Below, piece after piece: positions 36,502 through 47,531 of a stretch of 64,000 bases of DNA. The DNA lies in contig NC_135816.1 in the NCBI RefSeq assembly GCF_964213995.1, positions 46,748,001-46,812,000 on the forward strand, read 5' to 3'. Made by a program: the position numbers and the translations under genes. The notes below the pieces were generated by a model. That model was not told the DNA's origin and ran no database searches. It worked only from the letters and a program-made list of their open reading frames with translations. The DNA comes from Mustelus asterias (Eukaryota). How positions within the stretch are numbered: position 1 is the stretch's first letter; every line of letters begins with the position of its first letter.

Positions 36502-38518
36502 CATAGAACATAGAACAGTACAGCACAGAACAGGCCCTTCGGCCCACGATGTTGTGCCGAGCTTTATCTGAAACCAAGATCAAGCTATCCCACTCCCTAT
36601 CATCCTGGTGTGCTCCATGTGCCTATCCAATAACCGCTTAAATGTTTCTAAAGTGTCTGACTCCACTATCACTGCAGGCAGTCCATTCCACACCCCAACC
36701 ACTCTCTGCGTAAAGAACCTACCTCTGATATCCGTCCTGTATCTCCCACCACGAACCCTATAGTTATACCCCCTTGTAATAGCTCCATCCACCCGAGGAA
36801 ATAGTCTTTGAACGTTCACTCTATCTATCCCCTTCATCATTTTATACACCTCTATTAAGTCTCCCCTCAGCCTCCTCCGCTCCAGAGAGAACAGCCCTAG
36901 CTCCCTCAACCTTTCCTCATATGACCTACCCTCCAAACCAGGCAGCATCCTGGTAAATCTCCTCTGCACTCTTTCCAGCGCTTCCACATCCTTCTTATAG
37001 TGAGGTGACCAGAACTGCACACAATATTCCAAATGTGGTCTCACCAAGGTCCTGTACAGTTGCAGCATAACCCCACGGCTCTTAAACTCCAACCCCCTGT
37101 TAATAAAAGCTAACACACTATAGGCCTTCTTCACAGCTCTATCCACTTGAGTGGCAACCTTTAGAGATCTGTGGATATGGACCCCAAGATCTCTCTGTTC
37201 CTCCACAGTCTTCAGAACCCTACCTTTGACCCTGTAATCCATATTTAAATTAGTCCTACCAAAATGAATCACCTCACATTTATCCGGGTTAAACTCCATT
37301 TGCCATTTTTCAGCCCAGCTTTGCATCCTATCTATGTCTCTTTGCAGCCTACAACAGCCCTCCACCTCATCCACTACTCCACCAATCTTGGTGTCATCAG
37401 CAAATTTACTGATCCACCCTTCAGCCCCCTCCTCTAAGTCATTAATAAAAATCACAAAGAGCAGAGGACCAAGCACTGATCCCTGCGGCACACCGCTAGC
37501 AACCTGCCTCCAATCTGAAAATTTTCCATCGACCACCACCCTCTGTCTTCGGTCAGACAGCCAGTTACCTATCCAATCGGCCAACTTTCCCTCTATCCCA
37601 CACCTCCTCACTTTCATCATAAGCCGACCATGGGGGACCTTATCAAACGCCTTACTAAAATCCATGTATATGACATCAACTGCCCTACCTTCATCAACAC
37701 ACTTAGTTACCTCCTCAAAAAATTCTATCAAATTTGTGAGGCACGACTTGCCCTTCACGAATCCGTGCTGACTATCTCGGATTAATCCGCATCTTTCTAA
37801 ATGGTCGTAAATCCCATCCCTAAGGACCCTTTCCATCAATTTACCAACCACCGAAGTAAGACTAACCGGTCTATAATTATCAGGGTCATTTCTATTCCCT
37901 TTCTTAAACAGAGGAACAACATTCGCCATTCTCCAGTCCTCTGGCACCATCCCCGTGGACAGCGAGGACCCAAAGATCAACGCCAAAGGCTCTGCAATCT
38001 CATCCCTTGCCTCCCACAGAATCCTAGGATACATTTCATCAGGCCCAGGGGACTTATCGACCTTCAGTTTATTCAAAACTGCCAAGACATCCTCCCTCCG
38101 AACATCTATTTCCTCCAGCCTATTAGCCTGTAACACCTTCTCTTCCTCAAAAACATGGCCCCTCTCCTTGGTGAACACTGAAGAAAAGTATTCATTCATC
38201 ACCTCGCCTATCTCTACTGACTCCATACACAAGTTCCCACTACTGTCCTTGACCGGCCCTAACCTCACCCTGGTCATTCTTTTATTCCTCACATAAGAGT
38301 AAAAAGCCTTGGGGTTTTCCTTGATCCGACCCGCCAAGGACTTCTCATGTCCCCTCCTAGCTCTCCTAAGCCCCTTTTTCAGCTCATTCCTTGCTAACTT
38401 GTAACCCTCAATCGAGCCATCTGAACCTTGTTTCCTCATCCCTACATAAGCTTCCCTCTTCCTTTTCACAAGACATTCCACCTCTTTTGTGAACCATGGT
38501 TCCCTCACTCGGCCATTT
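36502..38518 (-). mobile_element. Young 5'-truncated CR1 LINE inserted antisense into another CR1
   Basis: Uninterrupted 642-aa RT reading frame (36580-38508; [21 protein letters not shown]) and a (TTCTATG)n tail at ~36502-36517. The host frame resumes on the far side. Confidence 0.95.
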
Positions 38519-40422
38519 CAGAAGATACAGCAGGATATAGATCGGTTGGAGACTTGGGCGGAGAGATGGCAGATGGAGTTTAATCTGGACAAATGTGAGG
38601 TAATGCATTTTGGAAGGTCTAATACAGATAGGAAATATACAGTAAATGGCAGAACCCTTAAGAATATTGATCGGCAGAGGGATCTGGGTGTACAGGCGCA
38701 CAGGTTACTGAAAGTGGCAACACAGGTGGAGAAGGTAGTCAAGAAGGTGTACGGCATGCTTGTCTTCATTGGCTGGGGCATTGAGTTTAAAAATTGGAAA
38801 ATCATGTTGCAGCTTTATAGAAACTTAGTTAGGCCGCACTTGGAATATAGTGTTCAATTCTGGTCGCCACACTACCAGAAGGATGTGGAGGCTTTGGAGA
38901 GGGTACAAAAAAGATTTATCAGGATGTTGCCTGGTGTGGAGGGCATTAGCTATGAGGAGAGGTTGGAGGAACTTGGTTTGTTCTCACTGGAATGACGGAG
39001 GTTGAGGGGCAACCTGATAGAAGTCTACAAGATTATGAGGGGCATGGACAAAGTTAATAGTCAGAAGCTTTTTCCCAGGGTGGAAGTGTCAATTATTTGG
39101 GGGCGTAGGATTAGGGTGCGAGGGGCAAGATTTAATGTAGATGTATGAGGCAAGTTTTTTACACAGAGGGTGGTGGGTGCCTGGAACTCGCTACCGGGGG
39201 AGGTAGTGGAAGCAGATACGATAGTGACTTTTAAGGGGTGTGTTGACAAATACATGAATCGGATGGGAATGGAGGAATATGGTCCCCGCAAGAGTAGGGG
39301 GTTTTAGTTCAGTCGGGCAGCATGGTCGGTGCAGGCTTAGAGGGCCGAAGGGCCTGTTCCTGTGCTGGAATTTTCTTTGCTCTTTGTTCTTTATTAGAAA
39401 CAAGTGAATGAAATACTGCGTAAAGGTGGTTAGATTGCCAAAACGTCTTCTCCTGCCTTAAATGGCTTCTATGTTACTGTTACTATGTTAACATCCATCT
39501 GTCTGCGCAGAATTTAGTGTCATGCATTATCAGGGAAAATTAGCTACTGACATGCTAAGAATTCTTTTTCCATTATTCAACTGTATATTTTGTGGTGACA
39601 GGATTTCTGATCAATTTTTACCAAATTTAGTGTGTCTATGTCAGAACTTCCGAACCACTGACATGAACATCATTAAAAAGAGCAGCCAGAATATAGGGAC
39701 AGGAATAGACCATTCAGTCCCTCAGGCTGATTCTGCCATTCTATTACAACATGCAAATAGGCAACATTTCATTCCTTTTGCCTCTTGGCAGTTCAGGAGG
39801 TTTTCAAATATCCCAATTAAATTAATGGGCCTACAATGAATTCAGATAAATAAATGATTATATTAACAGCATTCCAGAGACACAGAAGTGAAATAAAAAA
39901 CTCATAAGATATATTTCAGATACCCATTTTTAAATTAAATGTTGGTCAGATAATGCCTCATTTTATGGAGCTGGTCCTATCTCTTCCCATATCCATCAAG
40001 CTGCAATATGGAAGTTATCCATTTGTTGTCTATAAACACAAATCCATCCTTCGGAATAGGGAGCAAAGCCACACAATAATTAGCAACACTTTAGAGTTCT
40101 GTTAGAAAGTCTGACATATCTCCTGAATGCTATACAACAATGGATATCTGAAGTGCACTTTAACATGGTTGTGCTGTGAGCAGAACGACATGTCTGATTA
40201 TACCGGATTTTTGCATCGAGAAGTGTAGTTTACAATCTGGATTGCCAAGCAAGCTTCACAGTCTTTCACTTGACCATCCTTACAATTTGCGTCAGTTTCA
40301 AACCTCATACAGAGAAAAGGCTGAGGCAGAACAAATTATTCATGACAGGAGTCAGGATGAATCAGCAACAGACATTGATCATATTTTATATTCTACTGCA
40401 CTGAGGGCCTTAGGAACATTAT

Positions 40423-40720
40423 GGTGGCACAGTGGTTGGCACTGCTGCCTCACAGCGTCAGGGACTCGGGTTTGACTTCCATCTTGGGTCATTGTCTGTG
40501 TGGAGCTTGCACATTCTCCCCGCGTCTGCATGGATTTCCTCCAGTGCTCCAGTTTCCTCCACAATCCAAAGATGTTGCTAAATTGCTCCTTAGTGTCAGG
40601 GGAACTAGCTCGGGTAAATGCATTGGATTATGGGGATAGGGCCTGGGTGGGATTGTGGTCAGTGCCAACTCGATGGGCCAAATGGCTCCTTCTGCACTGT
40701 AGGGATTCTATGATTCTATT
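40423..40720 (+). mobile_element. HE1-type SINE
   Basis: GTGGCACAGTGG...CACTGCTGCCTCACAGCG head and ATTCTATGATTCTA tail. Confidence 0.85.
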
Positions 40721-41024
40721 TTGACTATGACAGAAAGCTCACCAAGTTTGTTTTGTTACTTATTGAATCACAGGAACAAGATGTTGTTATTTGTAGAATA
40801 TACAGTATCTTGACCACCATGTCAGCTCTGAGGCTATGGAAACAATTAGTTGTCTGGAAGTTAAATGCAGTTTTTATCTTCAACATTGCTAGAATAACTG
40901 TGCTGTCTGAAGTAGAAGCAGTTCTTCGTTGGAGCCTTTGGTGCTATTGAGACTTCACTGTTTACAAGGGTGTGGAAAATAATTCTACAGTACCAATCAT
41001 AATGATCAAGGAACTATGTACATG

Positions 41025-41250
41025 CAATAGAAACAGAACATGCTGGAAAAACTCAGCAGGTCTGGTAGCATCTGTAGAGAGTGGAAAAAGTTAATATTTG
41101 AGTCTGTATGACTTCTTTAGGGTCAGAGTCAAGTGGAATTCAAAACATGAAGACTTCCCACAGATGCTGCCAGACCTGCTGAGTTTTTCCAGCATTTTCT
41201 GCTTCGATTTTGGATTTCCAGCATCCTCAGTATTTTGCTTTTATATTACT
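41025..41250. mobile_element. Third inverted-repeat family, probably Penelope-derived (related interrupted copy at ~51425-52640)
   Basis: ATGCTGGAAAAACTCAGCAGGTCTGGTAGCATCTGT ... ACAGATGCTGCCAGACCTGCTGAGTTTTTCCAGCAT inverted arms. Confidence 0.6.
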
Positions 41251-41835
41251 GTGTAAATAGAGTTGTCTAAATGTTGCATTTGTGAATGATAATATATAGT
41301 TCTGGCCATAGACCTTCCCCCGATTGCTGAAAAAAACAGCACTACTGCTTTTAGCAGAGCCCAGAACACTAGCTAATAAAATATGCTGCTTCCCCAAGAG
41401 TTGCATTGCTATTACATTTGCTTAATAGCTCACCAATGTAATGTAAATCGTGGCACTGTAATGTAATGGGATCATTTGACATTTGTCTTCAATTTCAACC
41501 GTTAAATAAATCAACCATTGTTTGCTAATCACTGTCAAGCTGAAAGAAAAGGCATTTGCAAATGCAGGGAAAAGTGAAAGTCCAGCAGGCAGACAGAGTT
41601 GTAAATAGCAACAAAGGGATACAAGGAAAGTCATAGGGTGCAAAAAGAAAATTCGCAAAAAAAAAATTGCAAAGAATATAAAATCTTCTAAATATATTAA
41701 AAGAGTAAAGGAAAATACGGTCTAATTTAAGGTTAACATAGAAGAGATGATAATGGACAATAAGGAAATGGTAGACTTGTTAAATGAGTGCTTGTGGTAC
41801 AAAGGAACCTAAAAATAAGTCAAGGAGAAAAACTT

Positions 41836-42155
41836 CAGGGACCCGGGTTCAATTCCAGCTTTAGGTCACTGTCTGTGTGGAGTTTTCATGTTCTCCCTGT
41901 GTCTGCGAGGGTTTCCTCCCGGTGCTCCGCTTTCCATCCACAGTCCAAACATGTGCGGATTAGGTGGATTGGCCATGCTAAATTGCCCCTTAGTGTTCAA
42001 AGATGTATAGGTTAGGGAGATTAGTGTAATAAATGTGTTGGGTTACAGGAATAGGGCAGAGAATGGGTGAGGGCAAGATGCTCTGTCAGAGAGTCAGTGT
42101 GGACTCAATGGGCCAAATGGCCTCCTTCTGCAATGTAAGGATTCTATTCTATGAT
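41836..42155 (+). mobile_element. HE1-type SINE (5' clipped) in a decayed CR1
   Basis: CAGGGACCCGGGTTCAATTCC B box and ATTCTATTCTATG tail. Confidence 0.8.
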
Positions 42156-42796
42156 TAACAATATGATGATAGAGAAAATAATGGAGCTTAAGACAAATCT
42201 GTAGGATGTGATATCCTCCACCCTAAAGGATTAAGAAAAAAAAACACAGGTTACAAAATTGCAGATGATTTAGTCATAATTTTCGAAAGCTCTCTTGATT
42301 CAAAATTTATCCAGTTGGTTAATAAAATTGCAAATGTCACTTCATTATTTAAGGTTAGAGGAAGGGAGGAATCTTGTTAGGCCTAGTATTTAGCAACATA
42401 TCATGAAATTATATATTCCTCCTTTGGGAAATTATGTCCAAATATTGAGCCGTAACAATGCTCCGGATTCAATAATAGTAATTGGTGGACTTGTATTAGT
42501 CTGCTGAATAATATCTGAATAAAAATCAGAAATTTAAACCATCGTCTTTCCAGGTCATTTAACAAATGCACTCGCAATTTCTTCACCAGATTTAAAAAAA
42601 ATCTCAGGTAATGGAAACTGTCAACAATCAGAAAGAGGAGAGAAAGGTAGAATTATTTTCCATCAACTGTTTTCATGGAGCTTGACATTTTCTGCCCCAT
42701 ATAGTACAAGATATAGCAGTGAAGCATTTATATCCATTGGTATGAGTAGTAGGTCAAACTTTAGCATTGGTTTTATTATTGATCAATATTATAACC

Positions 42797-43112
42797 TGAT
42801 GCGCTACTCAAACACGAGGCCTGATGCTCGGTAAATGAAAGGCTTGTATTTACTGTAATGAAGCAGCCAGAAATTATATACACTATCCCAGACTGAAGGG
42901 GTCCCGGCCAGAGCAGGGACTTTTATACCTCTCCCAGGAGGCGGAGCCCGACTGGGATGTGCCACAACACTACAGTACAAAGGTGTAACAACCCCACCCT
43001 AACCCCAACAGCAACAATAGCACAACCCAACAGTAGCATATGTACATCCTTGTAGTACTGGCCAGCCCCTGGCTCAGTACTATCCAGTGGGAACCAACGA
43101 TGGTTCACCACA
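42797..43112 (-). repeat. 3' LTR of the Gypsy element
   Basis: Direct repeat of 47216-47531, preceded on the - strand by the PPT. Confidence 0.97.
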
Positions 43113-43174
43113 TTCACCCCTCCTTTGAGAACAAAGGCCGGCGGGGTACAAAAACAGAATAAAGTGTCAGCAGT

Positions 43175-46100
43175 CTATAAGTTCAGACGGTCAGGGGGAC
43201 CGCACCGTCGTTGTGACCTCCTCAATACCGGCGGTGACACCGGAGTAGGCACTTGCGGTGGCGTCCTCCCCAAGGCAGCGTCCAGCTGTTCTTCCACGGA
43301 CTCACAGGCCGGTTGACCCTGAGGTGACGGTAGTCCATGGGGTCCTGACACGCCCTGCAGTGGCGACCATCTTCTGGGCTCAGGCAAGCTGTACATGGGA
43401 GTAAAAGGGTTAAGCAGTGGTCCCGATGCTGCCCGCGCCGTGTCCGGGGAAGAAACAAGAGTTAAAGGGTTTGTAACAGGGGGTATGGGAGCGACAGGAG
43501 TTGCTACGTCCCCTGCTGGTGCCAGGTCTCGGATCGAGACCGTGTCCTCTCGCCCGTCAGGGTATGCCACATAGGCATACTGAGGGTTGGCGTGGAGGAG
43601 ATGGACCTGTTCGACCAACGGGTCGGACTTGCGGGCCCTTACATGTCGCCGCAGGAGGACGGGTCCTGAGTACGTCAACCAAGATGGTAATGAGGTCCCA
43701 GAGGAAGACTTCCGAGGGAATGAGAACATCCTCTCGTGCGGAGTAGCATTGGTTGCCGTACACAGGAGGGAGCGAATAGAATGGAGCGCATCAGGGAGCA
43801 CCTCTTGCCAACGGGAGACTGGAAGACCTTTTGACTTCAACGCCAGTAAGACAGCCTTCCAGACTGTAGCATTCTCACGTTCCACCTGTCCGTTACCCCT
43901 AGGGTTGTAGCTCGTGGTCCTACTAGAGGCAATCCCGTATGAGAGCAGGAATTGCCTCAAGTCATCGCTAATGAACGACGAGCCCCTATTGCTATGGATG
44001 TAGCCGGGGTACCCGAACAGGGTAAAGAGATCACGAAATGCCTTGATAACCGTGGCAGCGGATGTATCAGAGCAGGGAACAACAAAAGGGAACCGAGAGT
44101 ACTCGTCAATGATATTAAGGAAGTACACATTCCGATCTGTTGAGGGAAGGGGGCCCTTAAAATCGACACTCAGTCTCTCGAAGGGACGAGTGGCCTTGAC
44201 TAAATGTGCCCGGTCAGGTCGGTAAAAGTGCGGTTTGCACTCCGCGCAAACCCGACAGCTTCTTGTTACTGACCTGACGTCCTCCACCGAGTAAGGCAGG
44301 TTGCGGGCTTTTGTAAAGTGGTAGAGCCGAGTGACCCCAGGATGGCATAGGTCATTATGGAGGGCCTGCAAACGGTCCTCCTCTATACTGGCGCATGTTC
44401 CACGCGAGAGGGCATCCGAGGGCTCATTGAGTTTCCCTGGACGGTACATGATGTCGTAGTTATAGGTGGAGAGTTCAATTCTCCACCGCAAGATCTTGTC
44501 ATTCTTGATCTTGCCCCTCTGCGTGTTGTTAAACATGAACGCCACGGACCGCTGGTCCGTGATCAGGGTGAACCGTTTTCCCACCAAGTAATGGCGCCAG
44601 TGCCTAACGGCCTCCACAATGGCCTGGGCCTCCTTTTCCACCGCCGAATGCCGAATTTCGGGGCCTTGGAGGGTGCGGGAAAAAAATGCGACGGGCCTGC
44701 CCGCCTGGTTAAGTGTGGCGGCCAGGGCGAAATCAGATGCATCGCTCTCCACCTGAAAGGGGATGGACTCGTCAACAGCGTGCATCGTAGCTTTCGCGAT
44801 GTCGGCTTTCAATTTATCGAAGGCCAATCGGGCCTCTGGTGTTAGGGGAAAAGTCGTGGACTTAATGAGCGGACGGGCTTTGTCCGCGTAGTTGGGAACC
44901 CACTGCGCATAATAAGAGAAGAAGCCTAAGCACCTTCTCAGTGCTTTTGCACTAGCAGGCAAGGGAAGTTCAGAAAGGGGGCGCATACGGTCTGGATCAG
45001 GGCCAATGACCCCGTTTTCCACCACGTATCCTAGGATGGCTAAACGGCGCGTACGAAACACACACTTCTCCCTGTTGTAGGTCAAGTTCAGGCGAGATGC
45101 AGTGCGTAGGAAGTTCAGGAGATTCGTGTCGTGGTCCTGCTGGTCATGGCCGCAGATGGTGACATTATCCAGGTACGGGAAGGTAGCCCGCAGCCCGTTC
45201 TGGTCCACCATTCGGTCCATAGCACGCTGGAAGACCGAGACCCCATTGGTGACACCAAAGGGAACCCTGAGAAAGTGATACAAGCAACCATCCGCCTCAA
45301 AAGCCGTGTATTGTCGGTCCTCTGGGCGAATGGGGAGTTGGTGGTAGGCAGACCTGAGGTCTATGGTGGAGAACACCCGGTACTGCGCAATCTGATTGAC
45401 CATATCAGATATGCGCGGGAGGGGATACGCATCCAGCTGCGTATATCGGTTAATGGTCTGACTATAGTCAATGACCATCCGGGGTTTGTTCCCGCTCTTG
45501 ACCACCATGACCTGCGCCCTCCACGGACTAGCGCTGGGTTGTATGATCCTTTCTTTGAGGAGCCGCTGAACCTCAGATCTAATGAAGATCCGATCCTCAG
45601 CGCTGTAACGCCTACTTTTAGTCACGATGGGCTTGCAGCCTGGCACAAGATTCTGGAACAAGGAGGGTGTGGTGATCTTCAGCGTCGAGAGGCTGCAGGC
45701 GGGGCGCGTTGGGCAATTTGGAGGCTGCTGCTGTTTTCCCACTGCCAGTGAAGGGAGTGGCCCACCATACTGTAGGATTACACTCCTCAAGTGGACCATG
45801 AAGTTTAGTCCGAGAAGTATTGGCGCGCAAAGATACGGCAACACGAGGAGCTTGAAACGCTCGTAAACTGTACCTTGCACCTTCAAAGTTACCACGCAAC
45901 TCCCCAGCACGGCAACAGACCGGGACCTTGATGCCATAGAGATTGTCTGTTTGGCAGGTTGAATCTGGAGTCCACAACGCTTCACAGTGTCTGGGTGGAT
46001 AAAGCTCTCAGTGCTCCCGCTGTCAAACAGACAATAAATCACGTGGTCATTTACCTGGATATTCATCATAGATTTGTCAAGTCTATGAGGCTTGGCCTGG

Positions 46101-47164
46101 TCCAGGATGATCGACGCCACCGTTGGTTCATGAGCGCCACTGCAGGCAGCTGAAATCAATGAGGAGGACCCCTGCTGGTCGTTCGCGGTCAGTGTCGACC
46201 AACATGGCCGCTCCCATGAGTCGCACGTGGGTGAGGGCGCCAAACTCAGCGACCCCTGGTGGTCACACACCTCCGACTCTGTCGACCGTAATGGCGTCGT
46301 CCTGGCCTCGCACGTGGACGAACCCCTCGATGACTTCGACGACGAAGACCCGAGCTCTGAAGAATCGCAGGCCGCACTGCCGTTCCTGGGTTTAGATCGG
46401 CACACTTTCGAATAGTGCCCTTTCTTACCGCATGTGGTGCACAACACAGCTTTAGCGGGACACCGTTGCCGAGTATGCTTCGCTCCCCCACAGAAGTAGC
46501 ACCGCGGGCCGCCCGGGGCTGCTGCCGTCGTCTGGCCCGTGTGTGAGCACGCCATTACGCAGCATTTCGAACCCGAGGGACGAGGAGGGATTGGCGACTG
46601 CTCCTGCCACGTTGTCTCCACATGGTCCTCCGGATATAATACTAAGCTTTTGGAGGCCGTCTCGAGCATCTCCGCTAGCTCGATGGCCTGGGTAAGATCA
46701 AGGTTACCCTTCTCCAACAGTTTAAGTCGAATGTACGACGATCCGACCCCCGCCACAAATGCATCTCGGGCGAGGTCGTTCATACTCTGCTCAGCCGACA
46801 CAGCTTTGCAGTTACAGCCCCTGGCTAGCTGTAGGAGCTCGTTCGCATATTCCTCCATCGTTTCGCCAGACTGCCGTCGTCGAGTGGCTAGGAGGTAACG
46901 AGCGTGTATTTCATTGGGTGGTTTGATATAGCGCTTCTTCAGAAGCTCGAGGGCCTTAGTATAATTGGTGGCCGCACGGATCGCGAGGTAGACAGTGTCG
47001 CTTACCCTCGCATGGAGGACCCGGAGTCTGTCATCATCTGTGGTGACCGCTGCGGAGGCTGCCAGGTAGTCATCGAAACACTTCAGCCAGTGGTCGAAGG
47101 TGTTAGAAGCGCCCACCGCAGGTGGATCTAGTGTAAGGCGTTCCGGCTTCAGGATTTGCTCCAT
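43175..47164 (-). CDS. Gag-Pol polyprotein, 1329 aa (gag with two Zn knuckles, protease, RT, RNase H, integrase)
   Basis: First ATG after the 5' LTR at 47164 (MEQILKPE). CYFCGGAKH and CTTCGKKGH knuckles; LFDSGS protease; IDLRSAYHQ, PFG and YLDN in RT; SDASD RNase H; HHCC and VDFKGP...VERE integrase. The PR-RT-RH-INT order is Ty3/Gypsy. Confidence 0.95.
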   Translation of the reverse strand: MEQILKPERLTLDPPAVGASNTFDHWLKCFDDYLAASAAVTTDDDRLRVLHARVSDTVYLAIRAATNYTKALELLKKRYIKPPNEIHARYLLATRRRQSGETMEEYANELLQLARGCNCKAVSAEQSMNDLARDAFVAGVGSSYIRLKLLEKGNLDLTQAIELAEMLETASKSLVLYPEDHVETTWQEQSPIPPRPSGSKCCVMACSHTGQTTAAAPGGPRCYFCGGAKHTRQRCPAKAVLCTTCGKKGHYSKVCRSKPRNGSAACDSSELGSSSSKSSRGSSTCEARTTPLRSTESEVCDHQGSLSLAPSPTCDSWERPCWSTLTANDQQGSSSLISAACSGAHEPTVASIILDQAKPHRLDKSMMNIQVNDHVIYCLFDSGSTESFIHPDTVKRCGLQIQPAKQTISMASRSRSVAVLGSCVVTLKVQGTVYERFKLLVLPYLCAPILLGLNFMVHLRSVILQYGGPLPSLAVGKQQQPPNCPTRPACSLSTLKITTPSLFQNLVPGCKPIVTKSRRYSAEDRIFIRSEVQRLLKERIIQPSASPWRAQVMVVKSGNKPRMVIDYSQTINRYTQLDAYPLPRISDMVNQIAQYRVFSTIDLRSAYHQLPIRPEDRQYTAFEADGCLYHFLRVPFGVTNGVSVFQRAMDRMVDQNGLRATFPYLDNVTICGHDQQDHDTNLLNFLRTASRLNLTYNREKCVFRTRRLAILGYVVENGVIGPDPDRMRPLSELPLPASAKALRRCLGFFSYYAQWVPNYADKARPLIKSTTFPLTPEARLAFDKLKADIAKATMHAVDESIPFQVESDASDFALAATLNQAGRPVAFFSRTLQGPEIRHSAVEKEAQAIVEAVRHWRHYLVGKRFTLITDQRSVAFMFNNTQRGKIKNDKILRWRIELSTYNYDIMYRPGKLNEPSDALSRGTCASIEEDRLQALHNDLCHPGVTRLYHFTKARNLPYSVEDVRSVTRSCRVCAECKPHFYRPDRAHLVKATRPFERLSVDFKGPLPSTDRNVYFLNIIDEYSRFPFVVPCSDTSAATVIKAFRDLFTLFGYPGYIHSNRGSSFISDDLRQFLLSYGIASSRTTSYNPRGNGQVERENATVWKAVLLALKSKGLPVSRWQEVLPDALHSIRSLLCTATNATPHERMFSFPRKSSSGTSLPSWLTYSGPVLLRRHVRARKSDPLVEQVHLLHANPQYAYVAYPDGREDTVSIRDLAPAGDVATPVAPIPPVTNPLTLVSSPDTARAASGPLLNPFTPMYSLPEPRRWSPLQGVSGPHGLPSPQGQPACESVEEQLDAALGRTPPQVPTPVSPPVLRRSQRRCGPPDRLNL

Positions 47165-47215
47165 ACTCTCTCTTTTTTTTTTCTTCGACGAGAGTTTAAC
47201 GACAGTAAATAAAAT

Positions 47216-47531
47216 TGATGCGCTACTCAAACACGAGGCCTGATGCTCGGTAAATGAAAGGTTTTTATTTACTGTAATGAAGCAGCCAGTAATTATATAC
47301 ACTATCCCAGACTGAAGGGGTCCCGGCCAGAGCAGGGACTTTTATTCCTCTCCCAGGAGGCGGAGCCCGACTGGGATGTGCCACAACACTACAGTACAAA
47401 GGTGTAACAACCCCACCCTAACCCCAACAGCAACAATAGCACAACCCAACAGTAACATATGTACATCCTTGTAGTACTGGCCAGACCCTGGCTCAGTACT
47501 ATCCAGTGGGAACCAACGATGGTTCACCACA
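47216..47531 (-). repeat. 5' LTR of the Gypsy element
   Basis: Direct repeat of 42797-43112, upstream of the gag ATG. Confidence 0.97.

Larger units (their letters stand above)
35377..39392 (+). mobile_element. 5'-truncated CR1 LINE interrupted by two younger insertions
   Basis: Frameshifted ORF2 pieces (KSPGADG, PGNYRLVSL, YMDFSKAF, KFADDTK, then IQQDIDRL...VRPHLEY resuming near 38520) and a TCTTTGT-type 3' tail. Confidence 0.92.
42797..47531 (-). mobile_element. Full-length Ty3/Gypsy LTR retrotransposon (Mag-like by its gag), antisense within the presumed sncb intron
   Basis: Two 316-bp TG...CA LTRs (42797-43112, 47216-47531) with 6 mismatches by eye. 5-bp TSD TAACC (42792-42796, 47532-47536). 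PPT AAAGGAGGGGTGAA abuts the 3' LTR. Single gag-pol ORF. Confidence 0.97.

Noticed and set aside
47165-47302. N-terminal 46 aa of the listed 1375-aa ORF
   Set aside because: It starts at a non-ATG codon inside the 5' LTR; the plausible start is the ATG at 47164.
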